Notes: generated from the letters alone by a model not told the origin. Positions 11,743 to 24,322 are shown, counted from the stretch's first letter. The stretch is 64,000 nucleotides of DNA from Marsupella aquatica (GCA_973895155.1 OZ316897.1:5593327-5657326); one strand, 5' to 3'. Numbers and translations are program-made.

Positions 11743-13648
11743 ATGACTATGGCTCATCCAGGCTATCTCCCTTCCAGTGGAGATTTTGATGCAGACTTGG
11801 TGGCTATGGATGATCCAGGGGAGTTAGAAAAGGTGCGTAAAGCTATGCAATCGACACATTCGCTGATACATGCTTTCAACCAGAGTTGGAAGTTCTTGGG
11901 AGGAAAAGGAAGCAAGGAGTCTCAGTTTCTGGAGTACCTGGAAATATAGAGGCCAATGCTCCTGCCCTCGATGATTATGTGGAAACTAAGAATGCAACAC
12001 TCTTGGGGGAGGATGGGGGGCCTTCGATCGATGCTCTCAACTCCTTCCTGTCCCTACTAGATGATGGGTGGGACGATCCTGCCTTCAAGGAATGCAGCCT
12101 GATTCTCAGGCACCTAGTGGGACCCCAATCAAGAGCGTGGTCAGGGTAGCACATGACAGATTCCAGCGATCAGGATCGGGACTCTCGCAGGCGGAGGAGG
12201 CATCGTGATAGAACACACAACAGCAATAGCAGCCTTGATGAGAGAAGACGGAAGGGGAAAGGGAAGGAGTATAGAGATGCAGATCCACACAGTAGAGGTA
12301 CATACAAAAGAAGAAGAACAGAGGGAGATGCAAGGGCAGACAGAAGAGAGAGGTACTCACCTCAGCGTGAACGTCACTCCCACAAGAAGCGACAACCTTC
12401 TCCTGTGCGACCTGTAACTACTGCTGTGAGTTGAGACAAACTCCCAACCATCACCTTGGATGCATTTGATGCTAGGCCGGATGTTCTGGATGAGAAGGCC
12501 CTCACAAATCGAGTGCAGACGTGTTGTGCCAAGCACTATCCTGGTTGGACAACTTGGAAGGATCTTGCGCAGAACCCAAAGAAGCTTCAGCTCCTCCTGA
12601 ACGATGTGCAAGCTGGGTTTAGGAATGGCCGTGAAATAGACTACAGGCACATCAGACAGAAGATCGTAGGCTACCTTGCAGATCGGAGGTTTAGATGGAG
12701 AAACAAGGTTCGAAAAATGAGATGCCCAAGGACAGAGCAATACCTGAAACCAGAAGGAATGAGCGACGCCGACTTCAATTGATCGTGGCTGAGTTGGAAG
12801 TAGCACCTGACACCCCAGTAGGCAAGCGAGTGCACATGGGGGACAAAGCTGCTGCAGCCCGCAAATCAAATGGCCGCCTGCGTGTGACCAATTTCTGGGG
12901 CCAGGGAGGATGGCGAGGCTTCCTTGCAACCTATGTAAGTCCCCCACCCTCTTCAAAGCACAGCTTGTTCATGCTTCAGCCGCTGCGGTGAGAACATTGA
13001 ATTAAAGTCGTTTTTCTCCTCTAATGTCGCAAGTTCTCAATTTTACGTCTAAACCCCCTACGTTCATCCTACCTAACGTTGTCTCTCACGACATTACATT
13101 TAATTAACGTCGTTTCTGCATCGTTAATATGGCAGTTCCACTATATACCTTGTCTTGGACAACGTTAATTAGAAAACGTTGTTAGGTACATTGTAATTAA
13201 CGACGATGGTGATGACGTTCTCCAATTTCCTGTAGAAATGCAAGTTTGGAGCCAACATCGAGCCAAGTGAGCAGGAGCGGCTCTATTCAAAACGCTATGG
13301 CACGGCGGCCCTATGGGCTAAGCTGGACTCTATCCCCAAGGACCACCTAGTGGTAAGTTACATAGTCAGGTTAGGTTCCTTCTATACTAGGTTTTGCATC
13401 CACTATTTGCAGGAGGTAAACTGATCCCTTATGTCATGTCCAGGAGGATTGGAGTCCTCCAGAGGGGTTAGTGGCACGGCCCATTGCGGAAGATGAGGAG
13501 GCAGATCATGGAGGGGAGGAGCCTGATACGCAGGAGGAGGCCTTAGTAGACTGTGGGCAAGAGGGCAGTTTAGGTACATAGGGCAGTCATCTTCTAACCT
13601 CTCCCCTCCAGTGGAGACTGATAGGGGTCATACCAGCCATAGACGACG

Positions 13649-13682
<34 letters not shown>

Positions 13683-13960
13683 AGAGAGGGGGAGGGAGGG
13701 AGAGACATAGAGAGAGGAAGAGGAGCCGTGTCGAGAGGGATACCACTAGGGGACACAGTGGCACTAGAGATGTAGTCCCTAGGAGTATAGGCAAGGGAGC
13801 TGCGGAGTTGGTGTCTGGTAGCAGTAGTTCAGACGAGGATCCACTTCGGTACGAGTTGCGGCCCCGAGGCAAACAGTCAGAGGCACTGCCATGTATTTCT
13901 ATTCGCAGGTCTGGACGTGATAGGAGTCGCTCTCAGCGGCATTAGGGTATACCATGCATG
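11743..13960 (+). pseudogene. CACTA ORF2/TnpA-like gene (Transposase_24-like), spliced, with stops
   Basis: KPEGMSDADF..DKAAAARKSNGRLRVTNFWGQGGWRGF resembles the Ptta/En/Spm pattern; GTAAGT donors near 12935 and 13352; CAG/TGG>TAG type stops; 3' end approximate. Confidence 0.55.
13648..13720 (+). repeat. (GA)n-rich microsatellite
   Basis: gagagagagagagagagagagaagagggagggag... Confidence 0.85.
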
Positions 13961-14565
13961 ACTAGGTGGACATCCACCTGCATTTTGTACATTTTTGGCA
14001 AAAACTTTTGACGCCACCCATTTATAGTGGCATTCCGGACTTCATATGTCTATTTTATGTGTATTCCGTGTGTATATGAACCTAAACCTAAAGCCCACCC
14101 AACTAAGGTAGCCTGGAAGGATGTTCCATACAAGATTAATGTTTACCACAAACGGCACTCCATTCACGTCTCTCCATTCTTGGTACTATTTTCAAACGTT
14201 CTCGTTAACACCATTTTTACCAAGCCTCACACGACTTACTACTCATACATCCTGGACAGACTCATCATTAACAAAGTCACAAACTACGTAATCTGACATT
14301 AACGTCGTTTTAAACGATGTTATCAGCTGATTTCCCTGTTCAATCTGCGTCCAGAATAACATCTTTATTTACAACATTAATATGTAACGTAGTATGGACC
14401 GACGTATGTAATGTCATTTTGGACGATGTAAACTGTAACCTTTGTTACTTCGTACAAAACGTGCCCTCATTCACGTCGAGTATGTCGCCTTTCTTTAGCA
14501 GCAAGGAGACGTCGGGCTTAACGTCTTCATGTAACACGTAAAAAGTCCTGATAATGTAGTTGTGT

Positions 14566-15930
14566 TACCCGCTGTACCGGCGGCATCACAGTGCCTTGTA
14601 TTCTTCAGATTTTGTCTGTCCCTACGATTTATGAGCTGTTTTGCCGGTGAGGGGGGAGCGGGAGCATAGAGCTCCATGCAGAACCGCTCCACTTCTTCCA
14701 GTACCTCCTGCTTGTCTGTCACCGTTGTACCCTCCTCCCCTTCTAGGACCCTCATAGCTTCTCATTCTCGTTTGGCCTTGACAGTTGCAAAAAAGAACTT
14801 AGTAGATTCCTCCCCCTCGCCCAGCCATTTTACTCTCGCCATTTTCCTGCATTGGTATGCTTCTTCAAATTTGGCTACATGTAGTTTGTCTTCTAACAGG
14901 AAAAGATTGAGAGCGTCTGCCTCAGAGTAGTCCTCTACTATAGTGCTTTTTAAAGCCCTGACTTTCTCCCTTAGGAAGTGCATCTCTTCCGCTGCTTATC
15001 GTGGAGTAGCCTGTATCTCCATATATTGTTTCCTCAGGCTTTTGCTGCTCTGGAAACTTGTAGGTGTGGGTCCTGCTCCTCAGCTCCTCCTGTACACCAT
15101 GCTGGCTCTAGTAATGGTAATGGTAATGGTAATGTATTATAAGCTCTGGGACCATGAAAGTCAAAGGAGCTGCCACAAAAAGTAAAGTACAATGCAATCA
15201 AAGAAAAGAGCAACCAAAAGAGATTGCTCAGAAGAGGACAACTATGTCCTCAAAGAAACTATGGACCTAGAGAGCCCTGAAAGATTTTCCAAACCTATTC
15301 TCCTTTCCCTATCCACCGCAAAGATATATCTTCCAAGTTGCTGAGGGGGCAGACCAAACAATGCATACAAATCTTTCACCAAGATTTGAGATGCCATCCT
15401 AACCCCCTCAGCTTAATGTTTGCTTCTGAACGTAGAATAGACGAATTTGCTTTAAAGAATCTTACTCTACCTCTTTCATCTTCCTTCTCCGCCCGTTGTA
15501 AACAGAATATGGCAATGATAGGGTCGTGGTCCAAAAGGGCAGTACCCCCTTCGTGCGTAATTGATACTGTACCCTCCAGCCACCAGCCCTTATTGCTAAT
15601 GTAGAATCGGTCGAGTCTTGATTGTGTCAGAGAATTGTTGCGCTGCCTTCTCCAAGTGTACCATGACCCTATTATGCCTCGGTTGAGCTCTTTAGCATCG
15701 ATCAAATCCAGCCTGACCTCTAGGAATCTCCAATACTCCGCTTCTTGCCCTTTCAGTAAAGAAGCGCCTCCAGATGAATCCGTCCGGGATTCCGTCATAT
15801 TGAAATCGCCACAGAGAATCCAGTTGGCTTGTGGCAGCTCCAGTTTTAGATCATGCCATAGTAGAGCTCTCAATCTTGAAGAGTTAGGAGCGTAAATGCT
15901 TACCACCCCCAACGTGTAGGAGGGCATCTC
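14566..15930 (-). mobile_element. Degenerate L1/Tx1-type LINE ORF2 fragment (APE endonuclease plus linker), interrupted by LINE copy 3
   Basis: SIYAPN, WILCGDFN, SRLDRFY, DHDPI, ARVKWLGEGEESTKFFF. Confidence 0.85.
15111..15410 (-). mobile_element. RTE-X-like LINE copy 3 (300-bp 3' fragment)
   Basis: (GTAATG)4 at 15111-15134 plus 3'UTR and ORF2 end near-identical to other copies; no TSD seen. Confidence 0.92.
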
Positions 15931-15940
15931 AATTGTTGGT

Positions 15941-17335
15941 TTGTTCGAAGGCTGTAAGACCAATCACAACAGAGCAATCTCACAAATAGCAGCCTATATA
16001 GCATATCGTGAAGGGCTCCATCGGGGTACCGGTCCTACAGTGTTTGAATTGGCTTTTCGTTCGGCTGACCAGGCAGGGTCCCCGAAACTCTTCGAAGAAG
16101 CCTCTAATATGTTACTCGCAAATGCAGCAGAATTTGATTTGGAGAGGGATTCTCCGTTGAATGGGGATTTTGTGACGAAGTCTGTGAAAAGAAAAGGTCC
16201 GGCGACCGGGAATGTCTCTCCACAAGACTCCCATCGACATGACACGGTTCTCATAACTACGCCAAACACCCGAGGTTGCAAGAGGAGAAATTTGACCTCA
16301 GCCGAGTTTGAGCACATTCCGATACTTAGAACTCCTCCTTCGAATCTAGTTATCGATTTGTCTGAAAGTGGCTCTCCAGTTTCCCATCATGTCACTCAAT
16401 CTTCCGAAGTTCCAGAAAGTGTTCCGAACACCACTCCATTCATTCCTGTAGACACTTCGCTTTTTGAAGTGGACGCTGTACCCGGGTCATGGCATTTGCA
16501 GAGAGTTTCCAGACACGGTGCTGGACCACAGTGTAATGGGACGTTGTCTGGAAGTTGTGATCGAGATGAGTGTCGTAATCGAATTAAGAAGGTCGGATAT
16601 CCTTCAAATGCAGGGGTTGTCGGAATAGTCGTCAAAGGTTACCGCTTATTTAGAGGTGAACACCATCCAGAGCTTGTCTGGTTCTGCCCCACTCGTGATT
16701 GCTGGAAGAGCCGCCCTCGTCGAGGTATTGTGAACCTCCCTACTTGCCCAGACTTTTTGCCAGTACAGAAAGGCACTCATCTTTCAAGTCTGGAGTTGAA
16801 TTTCCTTAACGAGCAGGGCATTGAAGTCTCGAGAGGAGGTGCTATTTCACGTTGTCCTTCTCCATTTGAACTGAGAATCAACATTGACGTTTTCCCTGAA
16901 AAGATCGATCTTGCACAAGTCAACATCCGTTTTCGAACGAGAAACGGGTGTGCGATGAGCTCCAGATCAAATCTCACTCAGGAATATCGTAAAAGGATTG
17001 AATCAGCAACGAAAGAAACAATGACTTTGATCAAAACTATGGAAGTTTCATCGGGAAATTCATACGGGAAACGATTCCAGATACGCACACATGCACATTT
17101 ACGAACTGCAAATACTTACTGGGTGCAGATTTGCATTTTCCCTTGTTGCTCTTGTGAAGATTTCTTTCGTCGACATTCTCGAGGGAAACCTTTCATGCCA
17201 TGTAAACACTTGTACTGGGTTTACAAAGTTATCTGCAAGCTTGATCCTGTGGACAATATCCTCCCAAGCCAACCAATTCTTACCATTGCGGAACTGCGTT
17301 ATATTCTAGGGAGGCAGAATGCTGATGGTTTATAG
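15941..17335 (+). CDS. C-terminal part of MULE-like transposase with SWIM zinc finger (5'-truncated)
   Basis: YWVQICIFPCCSCEDF..PCKHLYWV = CxC-x(n)-CxH SWIM motif; Cys-rich CNGTL..DECRN..WFCP..C block shared with copy B. Confidence 0.7.
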   Translation: MFEGCKTNHNRAISQIAAYIAYREGLHRGTGPTVFELAFRSADQAGSPKLFEEASNMLLANAAEFDLERDSPLNGDFVTKSVKRKGPATGNVSPQDSHRHDTVLITTPNTRGCKRRNLTSAEFEHIPILRTPPSNLVIDLSESGSPVSHHVTQSSEVPESVPNTTPFIPVDTSLFEVDAVPGSWHLQRVSRHGAGPQCNGTLSGSCDRDECRNRIKKVGYPSNAGVVGIVVKGYRLFRGEHHPELVWFCPTRDCWKSRPRRGIVNLPTCPDFLPVQKGTHLSSLELNFLNEQGIEVSRGGAISRCPSPFELRINIDVFPEKIDLAQVNIRFRTRNGCAMSSRSNLTQEYRKRIESATKETMTLIKTMEVSSGNSYGKRFQIRTHAHLRTANTYWVQICIFPCCSCEDFFRRHSRGKPFMPCKHLYWVYKVICKLDPVDNILPSQPILTIAELRYILGRQNADGL

Positions 17336-17581
17336 GAAGGTTTAGTATTCTAGTTTATGTTCAACGGGTATGTAGGACTTGTCATTTCGTAACGGTAACT
17401 TTGTTTTGGTTAGCGCCCGGCGCTAGTAAACAACCTTTGGTTGCTTTTCAACACGGCTCAATCTTTTGTGGGTTGCACAAAACACTTAATTTGTTTTTAC
17501 AATTTTACGGATGTGTAAATTTCATTGTACGGGTAACGGAGATTTCTTTGTATTCAATCGTCACTTGGACTTCAATTTTGT

Positions 17582-17762
17582 TAGGTTTGGAAAATCTTTC
17601 AGGGCTCTCTAGGTCCATAGTTTCTTTGAGGACATAGTTGTCCTCTTCTGAGCAATCTCTTTTGGTTGCTCTTTTCTTTGATTGCATTGTACTTTACTTT
17701 TTGTGGCAGCTCCTTTGACTTTCATGGTCCCGGAGCTTATAATACATTACCATTACCATTAC
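17582..17762 (+). mobile_element. RTE-X-like LINE copy 4 (181-bp 3' fragment)
   Basis: 3'UTR plus (CATTAC)3 at 17745-17762; probable 5-bp TSD GTTAG (17580-17584 / 17763-17767). Confidence 0.9.
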
Positions 17763-18273
17763 GTTAGCGCCTGGCGCTAGACTTCATTTCCTTACTTGGT
17801 TTCAGTTTGTAGTCTAGGTCTGAACGTGTGGATTTCTTTCGCATGCATTCTCGAGGATGACCTTTTCTTGCCTTAGAAACCGTTATACTCTGATCATTCT
17901 GGTAGATGGTGAGCGGGTATTTTGTTAATGATATTTTGTAACTGTATCAAACGCTTGGTTAGGACTAAGCGCTAGTAAAGGCATCTTTTGATAATTGTTG
18001 TTTTCCCCATCTTTTTGAGTTGATGTTGAATTTGACTTCTTTGGTTTGGTCCAAAATTAAGCCGTTTTTTCTCAATGATAATACCAATTCTCCTGTTTTG
18101 TTCAACTATTTTTCCTATTATGATCATCACTGTTTCCTGTTTCCTGTCACAGAGGTCGGGTCCATGCTTGTCACCTATCCCGATCGCAGCCAGAAACGCG
18201 TAGTTTGCCCGAGGAGCCCCTAACTTTAAGTCCGCACGACATTGGCGACCATACTGGGGATTCCTTGGGGTGA

Positions 18274-20762
18274 GTGGATGAGATGGGTGACTATGACGAA
18301 GTCGATCGGATATCGAGCATCGTCATGTTGATGATGAGAACCATAAGGAAGGAAGAGCTTGAGTCGGAAAGGGTGAACAAGGAAGCGAATAGAACTACTC
18401 AGTGTCTCCAAGAGGTTCTAAAGGAGAATGGGCAGTTCGATGGGAGAAATGTGACAACCTACCTTAAGTCTTACTTGATAGAAGCAGTGGTCTACAAGTT
18501 GGATAAAGGGACGGCCGTGAAAGAGTTCATGGTGCTGGTTGAGAAGGAGTTGAGTTTGACAGTGCGGACCATCGTTGAGTCAGCTGAGGGCTGGGATGAC
18601 TTCGACAAGAAGATGAAAGAGGAGTTCCAAGCGAAGGATGCTGATCGGGTCACACAAGCTACCTTCTTGGATTGGGTGAATGACAGGAACAAGAAGCTGA
18701 AGGGGCCGCAAGAGCTCCTAAGGGAGTTCAAGAGAAGGGTGTCTCAGTTACCAAAGCGGGATGTGGGAATCATCGAGTTGCAGCGCTCAATGCTCTTCTT
18801 GAGGGCAGCAAATGAGGACCTTCGAGAGGAGCTTGAGAACGCGATGGAGCTGCTGGAACCTTCGAGAGTTACCTTGTCTAACGACTGGAACCAAGTTGAG
18901 AAAGCGGTGTCAAAAGTGAGCAATCGACACCGGCGGCGAGAGCTAGACAAGGAGGCTACCACTCTCAACCTAAGGCCACCAGAACCAATATTGAGGAAAG
19001 GGAAGCAAGAACCAGCGAAGGATGAGATCAAACCATCGGTGGATGATCTCGCGGAAATGATGCAAAACCTGAAGATCTTGGCGGCGCATGCGATCGAGAA
19101 TCCAAAACCAAGGGTTACGAGTGCTCCCAAGAGGAAGCGAGAGATGCAGAGTTGGCCATGCATGTGGTGCGACAACAAAGAGCATGACAAACGGGAGTGC
19201 CTAGACCTGAGGGAAGCTGCGGATAAAGGGCTGATCAAGTTCGTTGGTGAAGTTGGTCAGAAAAAGATATCATTTGCCGATACTGAGGAGCCGATTCCAT
19301 TCAACTCCAACAAGGGAGGCATGAAGGCTTTGGCTGAGAAGCAAGTTGGAAAGCAAGTCGAAGAGGGGTCCTCTTTGCACCTGGAAGCGAATGTCTACAA
19401 TGTGGAGTTCGATGGCCCCGTGACGGATATGGACAAGTTTTACAAGCGCTTGGCGGATCTGGTTCGAGAGAGATCCGGATGGAGTGACCCGGTGCTGATC
19501 AATGCGATAACGGTTGAGGTTGGGGCTAGTTAGGATGCCTCGGTCGAGTCAAAAAGGAAGAAAACCGACGAGAATGACACTCCGTCTCAATCAGGGGAAT
19601 GAGAGAGGCGGGATACTCGAGACAAGGAAAGGAGGGTTAGGTTCAAAGAAGAGGAAATGAGCGAGAAAGAGCCGGAGAAAGGGAAACCGATCAGGAAGGA
19701 CCCAGGCTGGGTGCTTGGCGGGGACGTGGACCAGGCCATGTACCCGGAGGTTGTAGCTGAGAAGAGCCAACAGGCTCAAAGGTTTACCAACGCCGAGTTC
19801 TTTGGCAGTATGAGGCGGGAGATCCAGGAAGCGATCTTGGAGAGATCCAAGAGGAAACGGATTTACAAAGAGGGCCCTCACACCTTGATGGGGAGGCTGG
19901 CGAGACGGAAATTGGGAGTTTCCGAACTTACACTGCTGGGGTGTCCATGGGTTCAGGTAGTAAGCTTACTGGCCCCGAAGAGTCAGACTTGGGGGAACCG
20001 AAGAGGGTCAAGTCCCTTGAAGAGGAGCTCATGAACTTGGATGATGAGTTCTTTGATGCAGAAGAGGAGCTCATGGGAACCGGAAGCGAAGCTGAGTCTG
20101 TGGCAAACAGGGACCCGACCAAAAGGGGAGAACGGGAAAGCATTACCGCGCAGTCGAGGACCATTCATGTCATGGGCTCAATGACAGGAAACGGTTATGC
20201 TTACCGAGATAGATACTGGGCTTGAGCGAGTCCGGAGAATGAGTGCCAGTTGGAAGGAATGGAAGGCAAGGTGCGGGCGCTCATTGATACTGGCTCGGAG
20301 ATCAACTTGATGGATCCAAAGGTGTTTCAAAAGGGGAATTGGCCGGTGGACAATGAGTTGCTTTGGAGTGTGAACTCGGTGAGTTCAATGAAGGACTATC
20401 TTTGGGGCGGATGTCCGAATGTGATGGTGAAGTTCGGGAATGTCAAGCAGGTTTGTAACATTTTTGTTCATGAGCACTTGTCATTTCTGGTGATACTAGG
20501 CATGCCTTTCATCACTGAATGGAGGATGGAGACGAAGGTTCTGGATGATACTACCTTCATGGTGAAGGTTCGAGGCAAAGATGATAAGGAGGTGGTTCAG
20601 TTTCCGGCTATTCTACCTGGAAATGAGAGGAACCGAAAGCAGTTGCAAGATCCGACAGCGGTAGAAGTTGGCGTTGCTATGAGGGAGAACCGAGATGCTA
20701 AGATGGATCTAATACAGAGTTCAAAGGGGAGCCAATTTTGGACCAAAAGATGGGGAGTCTAG
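18274..20762 (+). pseudogene. Gag (zinc knuckle) and aspartic protease, broken by stops and frameshifts
   Basis: FDGRNVTTYLKSY; CMWCDNKEHDKREC; VRALIDTGSEINLM..VILGMPF. Confidence 0.85.
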
Positions 20763-21001
20763 TGTTCAAGGAAGAGTGTTACTCAGGAGAGCTACTGGAC
20801 ATTGGGAAGTATCTGAGTGAAATCGAAGCAACTGGAACGGGATGGTGAAGAGTTCGGAGACATTTGAGTGAATTCTGATAAGTTCATTCTTAGAGAGGGC
20901 TACCTTTGGCGGAAACGTAAGGGCCCAATGCTAGTATCGATGAGAGTTGTTGATTCTAAGGATGAGCAAAAGCGGATTTTGGAGGAAGTCTATGATGCTG
21001 A

Positions 21002-22985
21002 TGTAAGTAGTGGGTAATTCCAAAAGCATGAAGAAACTGAAAATTTTTAAATTTTTTATGGTGTTTAAACTCTAATTATTGCTAACATAGCGGAGATAGC
21101 ATTCTGTCTATAAGTTACGAGTTCCCAAGTTTAAGGTTACGAGTAAACTCCCTTTACGAGTTTAGGAGTTTATGACTTTACTGCTTTACGAGTTACACCT
21201 TAAGAGTTGGCGACCCTGTGATCGTGACATCTTACGACTAGTTCAACGGGACTCCACAACGGATGAAGAGCTCACCTTGAAAGGGAAGGAATGCAAGACA
21301 TAGGCGCTCATTACTGACTTCTCTTCCACCTTACCTCTCAAACTCTGCCCAGCTTCAACCGGTATTTCAGAGATGTCAAATGGAGGCTTCACCCTTTCTA
21401 TTCCAGGATGCTGAACTTTGATGAATTCCTATACCATTATCCCCTAGTATATGCTGCCTCTTGCAACAATTATGATGTAATTGGGATATATAGAGAAGCC
21501 CTTCGTATTGATTCATGTTATTTGATGAAGAGAATGCCTTTGATGTATCCTGAGAGACAACTGAGATGCCTACCCTACTCTCGAGGATCCCCACGCCAGG
21601 CTGAATTAATGGAAGTTACACAAAATCGAACAATTACAGCAGTGGAGCTACTCGAACCAGAGGACATCCGACAGCAAGCTTGAAGAAGTCTTTAAGTGTT
21701 TTTAGTTAGTTTTTAGAGTAGTGCATCTTATCTGATTTTTAGAAATGTGTTCTAGAGCTTTAAAAGCTGTCATACTTCTTTAGCATGTAGTCTATACTTA
21801 GGAAAGCCTTCTGGAAAAATTTGAGGCTTTTCTGAGCTACGAGTAAGAAGTTAAAAATAGTTGAATTTGCCAAGTTTTTACTTCTATTGCAATTACGAGT
21901 TACGACTTAGTTAGACTTTTACTAGTTTAAGAGTTTACTAGTTCACAGCTTTTACTAGTTTAAGAGTTACTAGTTTATGATTACGAGTTCCGACAGATTT
22001 CCGATTACGAGTTTAATAGTTTACTAGTTTACGAGTATAAGTCATTTACTAGTTACTAGTTTACGAGTTCAGACTTAGTCATTTTTCCGACTTTTCACTC
22101 ACAGTTTTGTAGTTTTAACTTTTTGAGGAGTATGAAGAGGCATGTCTCTTCGACCCTATGACCTCTCACTTGGTAGATTTTTACTATAAGATAGCTCTAC
22201 CACTAGTGTAGATTATGGTAAAGTCTAGCAATTTTTGCCTTTCCTTGGTGTTCTACCAGTTGATCATGAATGTTAAGAGTTCGAGATCAAGCTTGACACC
22301 AGGAGAAGACTTTCCTCCTTCTTGTGGTTTAATCCTTTGAATAAATCATGGGAAGTAAAATTCCAATTGTGTAAATCTTATGAGATATGATGACAGATTC
22401 CTCTTTGGTGACTCATTACAATCTCCTGAGTTCTTGAAGTTAACTCACTTAGTTTAAGTCTTATTTGAAATTGATGGATTTTCTTTCGTGTTGGTTAGTA
22501 CCATCTCAATGTTGAAGTAGCTACCTTTTAGATCTTATCTGAGTACCATCTAGAAAGAAAGGATAAGACATGTTGACGGCATTTTAAAAGGTACTCTAGT
22601 AAACAGTTTAGATCTGAAAAGCAATATGGATTTGAATCCTTAAGTCTTTTCATTTTGACTTATGTTTAAGGAGTAACCTTGGAAAATTCCAGACTCCCTT
22701 AGCATACTTTGAGATATTTTTCCTTGTGTTTTGTTAATCATTTCCTTTTCATTAATTTATGGTTACCCAATGCTGAGTTACCATTAAAAACTACTCACCG
22801 CTGTGGAGCGATCTTCAAAATACCTTAGTAAAGTAATCAATTCTGATTACTATGTGTTAGAGAGAGTCTTTAAACTCTCATTTGTGTTTTTATGTATCAA
22901 ATCAACCCCATCTTGTTCTTTACGGGAACGAATACCGAGTTTGAAGACCTTTAAGTGTGTTTTTGGTTCTTCATAGAAAACTACA
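21002..22985. mobile_element. Solo LTR (1984 bp) nested in the integrase remnant
   Basis: TGTA...TACA ends; 5-bp TSD GCTGA (20997-21001, 22986-22990); the host frame KRILEEVYDA/..KVCEQIRKEYWWPDLY rejoins across it. Confidence 0.92.
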
Positions 22986-24322
22986 GCTGAGGTCAAAGGT
23001 GGTTTGAAAGGAATAAGGGCAAAGGTCTGTGAGCAGATCCGAAAGGAGTATTGGTGGCCAGATTTGTATTGGGATGTTCAGGAGTATGCTGACAATCGAG
23101 GGATCCATCACAATTTGAAGAGGCAGATTCAAGAGCTTGATTGGATTGACTGTCGAGTTGTTGACATACGGGAGAGAGTGAAGGTTTGCAAGGTGCGAAC
23201 TAGAGATGAAATGGACTCAAGTTTCAACTTGAGTGAGTTTGAAGTCGAGGCGCTGGTCTAGGCGCATCCGTTGGATTTGAGTTTCAAAAGTGGCTTGACT
23301 GGTTCTGATTTGGATGAGTTGGACTTCGAGTTTCTGGAAAGTGGAGTGCCTAAGGCCGAGTCTAAAGGCTTTGGGTTTGAGTTTCTTGAGGAGGAAGTGG
23401 TCCAGGCGCATGGCTCGAGTTTGGACTCAGACTTAGAAGAAATCTGATTGATTGGAGCAGACCGGAGGCTGCTCAAGTTTACTGGGGGAGGATGTCGTGC
23501 TGAAAGATTTTGGCTCAGGAATGGCTTTTATAGGGGATGATGGGCGAGGTCTCTCGGTTGGGTTGCGTGCATGCTGACTCGGAGGGGTTGCTTGGTTGGA
23601 TGGATTGAGGTTTGGTGATTGGGTGACTCGTCGTCACCAGGTTTGGTGTTTAGGTGAGTCACCAGGCTTGGAGTTTGGATGAGCCTCGCTGCTGGCAACT
23701 GGCTCAGGCTGGATGGTTGGGTTTTTGATGCTACTGAAGACTTGAGCCTCGGCTCATTGAGGTTGGCAGTTGTCTATTGAGATCTGTTGAGTTGCGTTTT
23801 GTGAGTTCCGCTCTGTTCTGTGGAACTCGACTATTGTGCGGCGGTTTTGGAGTTTTGAGAGAGTTTTTGATCCAGGCGGGGAATTTCTCGAGTCTGGAGT
23901 CTCGTTGATCCAGCGGGGATTTCTCAAGTTTGGAGTCTTGTCAATCCAAGCAAGGATTTCTCGAGTTTGGAGCCTCGTTGGTCCAGGCCCGAGTTCCGTG
24001 CGAGCTGTTTTAGACTAGTGGAGTAGCTAGTTGAGTTTTTGGTTTTGTGAGCTAAGGAGGATAGTTTTTCCGTCAGATTTTGAGTAGTTAGTCACTCGAG
24101 GAGTTCTACCCGACAAGTTAGAGGTAGCGGCCCGCCGTAGGGCCAACTACCAGACTCTTGCAGGCAAGCTTACTCGAGGGCACCTATTGTAACCTTTGTG
24201 AGAAAAGTAAAAAAATATAAAGGAGTGAGAGTTCACTCCGAAAAGTGCTTGTCACCTATCCCGATCGCAGCCAGAAACACGTAGTTTGCCCGAGGAGCCC
24301 CCAACTTTAAGTCCTTGCGACA

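Larger units (their letters stand above)
3019..14565. mobile_element. CACTA/EnSpm DNA transposon with cargo genes
   Basis: Transposase_21-type ORFs; left end CATTACACAACTAGATT (CACTA with C>T); right end AATGTAGTTGTGT (14553-14565, 12/13 match to reverse complement of left end, terminal bases missing); dense AACGTC/GACGTT subterminal motifs at both ends. Confidence 0.8.
15931..18148 (+). mobile_element. MULE-like DNA transposon, 3' part (copy A)
   Basis: ORF homologous to 29667-30726; TAGCGC-N3-GCGCTA palindromes; CTGTTTCCTGTTTCCTGTC at ~18130-18148 is the inverse of the GACAGGAAACAGGAAAACAG terminus at ~33647. Confidence 0.65.
18165..24322 (+). mobile_element. Ty3/Gypsy LTR retrotransposon, RT-less deletion derivative with truncated 5' LTR
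   Basis: 5' LTR remnant 18165-18241 matches 24246-24322; PBS TGGCGACCATACTGGGGA 18243-18260; PPT GGGGGAGGA 23484-23492; 3' LTR TGTCG...CGACA 23493-24322. Confidence 0.85.
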
